Source of the DNA: a virus
IMG/VR virus record: IMGVR_UViG_3300005683_000019
Span: 65,622-129,621 of that record
DNA: 64,000 bases
Direction: 5' to 3' (one strand)
Part shown: positions 63,478 to 64,000 of the stretch, one piece after another
Layout of the letters: each line of letters begins with the position of its first letter
How positions within the stretch are numbered: position 1 is the first letter of the stretch
Program-made: the position numbers and the translations under genes
Notes under the pieces: generated by a model
What the model saw: the letters and a program-made list of their open reading frames with translations, nothing else
Database searches by the model: none
Told to the model about the DNA's origin: nothing

Positions 63478-63743
63478 AATCAATTGGATAATAAGGATGA
63501 TCAGTCCCCAATGGTTCATGCCGCTAGGGCAGTTTCACCATAAAATGCGTCATTGCTTGCATTTATATTTTTTATGCTGATTAGGTCAGTCATCTATCCA
63601 GTTGTCCATTTGTTTACTCTTCTTCCCGTCGAAGCCTTGCCGACCCATCAACAGAAAACTTAATACACAAATTTTCTCTTGGTGGATCGGACGGGAATCG
63701 AACCCGTGTCCGCGAAGCCTTTCGACTTACTTCATACAACCAT
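63478..63743 (-). ncRNA. ssrA: Two-piece (circularly permuted) tmRNA
   Basis: Acceptor piece ...GGACACGGGTTCGATTCCCGTCCGATCC-ACCA precedes coding piece GGGTCGG...TTCGACGGG; G3:U70; tag ASNDAFYGETALAA-stop at 63516-63560. Confidence 0.9.
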
Positions 63744-63747
63744 ATTT

Positions 63748-63954
63748 TTATTTATAACTATTAATCTTATCTTCTAAACGTGCCATTTTTAACTGAATTT
63801 GTTCATAAACTTTATCATAACCAAAAATTGTAGCCATTTGTTCCATCATGATGATCACATCTGATATTTCACTAATCCAATCTTCGACAGTATCCCTATT
63901 TTGAGCTTTTCTTCCCACTAAAGTTAGAAACTCTCCACATTCTCCAACCGCCAT
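63748..63954 (-). CDS. MazG-like nucleotide pyrophosphohydrolase (5' end uncertain)
   Basis: ECGE...EISDV; homology-like text WGVADQIN continues upstream to an in-frame TAA. Confidence 0.6.
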   Translation of the reverse strand: MAVGECGEFLTLVGRKAQNRDTVEDWISEISDVIIMMEQMATIFGYDKVYEQIQLKMARLEDKINSYK

Positions 63955-64000
63955 ATTTATTTGATCCGCTACTCCCCACGTATTTTAAATCTTTATTAAT

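Noticed and set aside
63393-63519. 42-aa N-terminal extension of the ClpP ORF
   Set aside because: Overlaps the tmRNA 3' region and terminator; AGGGA RBS supports MTKK
63954-64000. Stop-codon reassignment suggested by in-frame TAA upstream of the MazG-like ORF
   Set aside because: Single case at the window edge; all other genes read normally in code 11 and no suppressor tRNA was seen; frameshift or sequence error is more likely

Overview
This window looks like part of an AT-rich jumbo-phage genome of T4-superfamily type. Markers are rIIA/rIIB, a gp61-like primase, an Rnl1 RNA ligase, tail-tube-like genes, sigma70 early promoters and (T/C/G)ATAAATA late-promoter-like boxes. About 4.6-29 kb is a very large tRNA/ncRNA region with about 25 complete tRNAs, six homing endonucleases each next to a tRNA, and a GOLLD-like giant RNA. 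The most striking content is a set of interrupted or rearranged tRNA genes. tRNA-Phe carries a 142-nt structured D-loop insert whose 119-nt core recurs as a stand-alone transcription unit at 23.3 kb. A tRNA is split by a cassette carrying a replacement tRNA-Ile and an HNH gene. A His-like tRNA has a 50-nt intron at 37/38 in a near bulge-helix-bulge. There is also a possibly permuted tRNA-Pro, a 37-nt CCA minihelix, 8/4-type tRNAs, and long-variable-arm Lys/Gln/Thr tRNAs. Translation-related genes include TilS with tRNA-Ile2, an HD hydrolase, an ArfA-like peptide and a two-piece tmRNA directly upstream of a ClpP-like protease. The window also holds a GC-rich foreign insert (32.4-33.2 kb), a noncoding IHF-box/iteron region (44-45 kb) between two paralogous hexapeptide-repeat genes, and a glycan-modification cluster near a Pro/Thr-rich virion protein. 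All RNA structures were folded by eye and all protein calls rest on motif recognition; no searches were run.
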